Shown here: piece by piece, positions 60,111 to 64,000 of the stretch
Layout of the letters: the number at the start of each line of letters is the position of its first letter
Position numbering within the stretch: the stretch's first letter is position 1
Origin: Mustelus asterias
Lineage: Eukaryota
Assembly (NCBI RefSeq): GCF_964213995.1
Contig: NW_027590137.1
Span: 1-64,000 of the forward strand
Length of the DNA: 64,000 nucleotides
Direction of reading: 5' to 3'
Made by a program: the position numbers and the translations under genes
The notes under the pieces: model-generated
Databases searched by the model: none
What the model was told of the DNA's origin: nothing
What the model saw: only the letters and a program-made list of their open reading frames with translations

Positions 60111-62651
60111 GAGCCAATATTACTAATAATCTTCAATTCACAAAAATAAATTAATATTTCACCAATTATTGTCAGTATTTTATTTGATGCAAATATAATT
60201 GCAGTTTATTTAATATAACTTATTGAGATTCAACTGTATTGAGATCACATTGGCTTTTTGTCACCAAAGAATCAAATCTGCCCCAGAATTCAGCGGGAAA
60301 TGGAATTAAACCAAATAGTAGCAGCTACCCAGCAGCCTCTGCGCTTTATTGACAAGTGATCACCTCATCATCACACAGAAACCCCTGATATATAAATGGA
60401 GTGTGTGACCATTTTTAAAATGACTGTATAACTGAAAGTATCTGTATCTAATGTGAATTGATAGAAGCTTAAAATCCCGATTCATTTTCACACAGTTCTG
60501 GCAAGTAATTTAAAACTTCAAGCTGTCCAGTGAGTTTCACAATATTTTAGTTCCCACGTTGTTTATTTTTTTAGCTTATTATCTTCACTAATTTGGGTGA
60601 TGATCTGTTGAGTGATTTTGTTGCACTAGAAAGGCCACGTTCCAAATATTACAATCCTCCCTCATCAACCTAATCATGTTCCCTCTTTCCATCTTGGATT
60701 TGAAGATTCATCATCAGCATGGGGGAAAATCAGACTACTCTTAGTGAGGTTCAATTCATTTGCTCCCGATATCCTGGGGATGGAATTCACCCAGAAAATC
60801 TGGAAGGATTAAAGGTTGTAGACTGTCACAATTGTAATAAAGAAACAGCTTCGATTTTTGAAGTAGTAAAGCAGAAGTATGCGAATGTAGAACAATAAAT
60901 TTCAGGACCAGTTATCGTCACATCCATCAGTCCATTCACTGATTCCTCAATGAAAACATTCAGACATCCAACTATCGTTCATCCCTGCATCAACACAAGC
61001 AATTGTTTATCTTTTGTGTAAATGGTGGCGGAATCCAGAAGCCCAGGCCGGGGATGTGGGAAAACGAGAGTAAATCCGAACATGGCAACTGGTGGAATTT
61101 GAATTCAATCAATAAATCTGGATTCATACTGACAGTGACCAGATAAACCTCTCTGATTCCCCAATCAGGGAAATCTGCCATCCCTACTTGGTCTCACCAG
61201 GGTGTTACTCCAGATGGAGAGCAATATGCGTAACTGGGCAATGCTTTCCGAGATGCCATAGCACACCACTCAGTTCAAAGGAAATTAGGCACAGTGAAGA
61301 AATGTTGGTCTTTCCAGGGACTCCCACGTCCCATGGAAGAATTAAGTGAAATAAAACACAAGAATATATGTTTATGTTGTCGAAAATATATCACCTCTCT
61401 GGACAAACTCTCACAATCTGCCTGTATTTAAATCTATCCATCGATCAAAGTGTTCTGTTGTGTTGGAGAGATCATCATTGTTGCTAACAAAGAGCCAGAG
61501 AAACTGGATAACTTTTCTTTTCCGAAGAAATGGGAAACATTCATTTAGGTTTACAACTTAAATATAATTGAGTTGCCTCCAGGGCTGTTGCTGGGTAGAT
61601 TTGTTTATAAATAGGCCCCATTGACAATGCTAACAGTTTGAAGTTGGCTTGCAGCCAAGCGCTCAGTACTGAGGAAACAGATCTTTGATTTGCTGAACAA
61701 ACACCCTCAGATGCTTCCTGTAAATATCTTCGGGTATTTGGCAGCAGGTTGGACTGACGCCAAATACTGCGTGGGACAGATTAACGTGAATCTGTAGGGA
61801 TAAAATGGGACTTAGCCAGTTATGCAATAAATATTTGATTCCCACAAGAAAGACACGTTTTAAATGGTATTCCTTCCAAGCAAATATTTTAAATGACTGC
61901 ACTGTTCATTTTATGGTTCAACAGTGTCGGAAACTAGTAAATTGGCTGGACGCTATTTCATTTGTATAACTTCCAAATAAATGTCCTTCCAACAATTAAA
62001 GTCACTTTGTGAGCAACGTCATGAAGTGCAAGAAAGAGATTTTGATGTCCCCAATTCCTCAGCCCAATGAGATCAGTGTAATGGCCCAAAAATGAAAATA
62101 ATTAAAAGGAAAAGAAAATCATATAGCTGTCTTGAACAGCGCGGATACCTGGAATATTCTCAGTGTTCTGCACCTCTTTAAAAAGACAACGTCAATAATA
62201 CGTGATTGGCACCATGTTCTGTTGTGCAGCATAATCTGATTTCGATTATTTAACATTCCCTCTCATAGCTGCCAATGAGTGAAGAAATGACCAGTTCATA
62301 ACCTGGTTCAGTGGAAGATAAAACATTTATTCTTGTGATATTGTGCAATATGCTGCAAAGTCCTGATGTCCTGTATTCCACTACTAATGAATGTTAGACA
62401 GCCGGTGGCCAATTAAAAGAGCTGCAATGATTGGGATGCTGAAGGAGAACTTTCTTGATCGCCATGTTGGTTCTGATTCATTAATTTCTCTGTCAAAATC
62501 GATTTCAACTTTATGTATCTCTGTCAGCTCAATTAATTATCAGTCAACCAGGCTTCTTTCACCGTTAATTTTCACAGGGTTAAGGAGCTGTTGGGGAAAT
62601 ATAAGGTGTAACATTATATCATATGAGGAGATTCTTTTTTGAATTCATTCG

Positions 62652-62960
62652 TTGGTGGCACAGTTGTTAGCACTGCTGCCGGACAGCGCCAGGGACCTGG
62701 ATTCAATTCCCGGTTTGGGTCTGTGTGGAGTCCCTGTCTGTGTGGAACCTGCACGTTCTGTCTATTTACTCACATGGTCCTATTGTCTGCCTATTTTCTC
62801 ACACAGTCCGAAATTATGCTGCTTAGGTTGATTGCCAATGATAAATTGTCCCATAGTGTCAAGGGAATTAGCAAGGAATATACGTGGGGTGATGGGGATA
62901 GGGCCTGGGTGGGAATGTTGTCGGTGCGGGCCCGATAGGCCAAATGGCCTCCTTCTGCTC
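62652..62960 (+). mobile_element. Degenerate HE1/V-SINE-type SINE
   Basis: gttagcactgctgcc head; gggatagggcctgggtggg tail region. Confidence 0.8.
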
Positions 62961-63695
62961 TGGGTGCCGCTGGATGATCAGCATTTATTGCCCACCCCTT
63001 GTCCGAGGGCAGTTGAGAGGCAGCCACATTGCTGTGGCTCTGGAATCACACGTCGACCAGAACGGGTAAGGAAGGCAGATTTCCTTCCCTGAAGGACATT
63101 AGTGAAGCAAATAGGTTTCTACATAATCGACAATGAGTTATAAGTAGATTCTTAATTCCAGATGTTTTTATTGAATTTAAATTCCACCATCTGCCGTGTG
63201 CGGGATTGGAAGCCGGATCCTGTGAACATTAGTTGAATTTGTGGATTAATTGTCGAGCGATAATGCTAAGCCATTGCTTCCCTTCTTCTTATATCCAGTC
63301 CTAAATTACACTGATAGCTATCTACACCTGAAATACAATCATCCCAGCATGTAGTTACATAAATCGATAATAATTCCTCCAATAAGTTATAATTTTGCTG
63401 CAATGTGTTAGAGACACAGAATTATTGCAAATCTGACTGACGTCTTTACCCTGATAAGGTAATGTCACCTTGTTTATGTCTATTCACTTGTAAAGGGGTG
63501 CAGAAATGAAGGCATTTAATTTACAATGAAATAGTTTCTTTTCTATAACAGATAATCAAATGCAATTTCATCTCTTGGACTAGCAGAGACATTACAATGG
63601 ATTTCACTCTTGCTGCCTCAGTATTAGTCTGTTTCTGGAATGTTGCAGTGTCAGCAATCAATTCACCTGGAATAATCCTCGGTGTTTTTGATAAA

Positions 63696-63975
63696 TTTGA
63701 TTTGATTTATTATTAGCACACATATTAGTACACAGTGAAAGTTATTGTTTCTCACGCACGATACAGTACATAGGAAAGGAAGGGAGAGAGTGCAGAATGT
63801 AATGTTACATTCATAGCTAGGGTGTAGAAAAAGATCAACTTAATGCGAGTTAGGTCCATTCAAAAGTCTGATTGCAGCAGGAAAGAAGCTGTTTTTGATT
63901 CGCTTTGTAAATGTCCTCAGGATTTTGTATCATCGCGATGGAAAAAGGCGAGAGAGTATGTCCGGGGTGCATGGT
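63696..63975 (-). mobile_element. 3' end of a Rex-Babar/L2-like element
   Basis: Homologous to 20040-20345. Confidence 0.8.
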
Positions 63976-64000
63976 TCTTTTTGCATGTTTGTCTTCCATA

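Noticed and set aside
1-64000. TCR or Ig D, J or C segments
   Set aside because: I saw no convincing FGxG J segment with a 12-RSS and no C1-set exon; a manual scan could miss degenerate ones.

Overview
Repeat-rich eukaryotic DNA, almost certainly from a cartilaginous fish (shark): CR1 LINEs, HE1/V-SINE-type SINEs, Penelope-type elements and shark-type satellites dominate. I found no intact host protein-coding gene. Between about 4.5 and 33 kb, a decaying tRNA gene cluster is interleaved with three minus-strand T-cell-receptor alpha/delta-type V pseudogenes, each with leader, V exon and RSS. Two of the V exons are split by CR1 insertions and can only be read after removing them. The tRNA cluster has one perfect tRNA-Arg(ACG), a near-intact tRNA-Pro(AGG) with an unusual 18-nt intron, degenerate Arg and Pro copies, and two oppositely oriented tandem arrays of a ~1.2-kb unit. 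Each array unit carries a tRNA-Val pseudogene; five units also carry a Penelope-type terminal fragment with a minimal hammerhead-like motif showing U3/A8 covariation. Beyond 33 kb the window is mostly nested retroelements (a Penelope GIY-YIG 3' end with a hammerhead, a young 799-aa CR1 ORF2), degenerate minisatellites, a 144-N gap and a few weak exon candidates. All calls come from manual reading and recalled consensus sequences; no searches were run and repeat boundaries are approximate.
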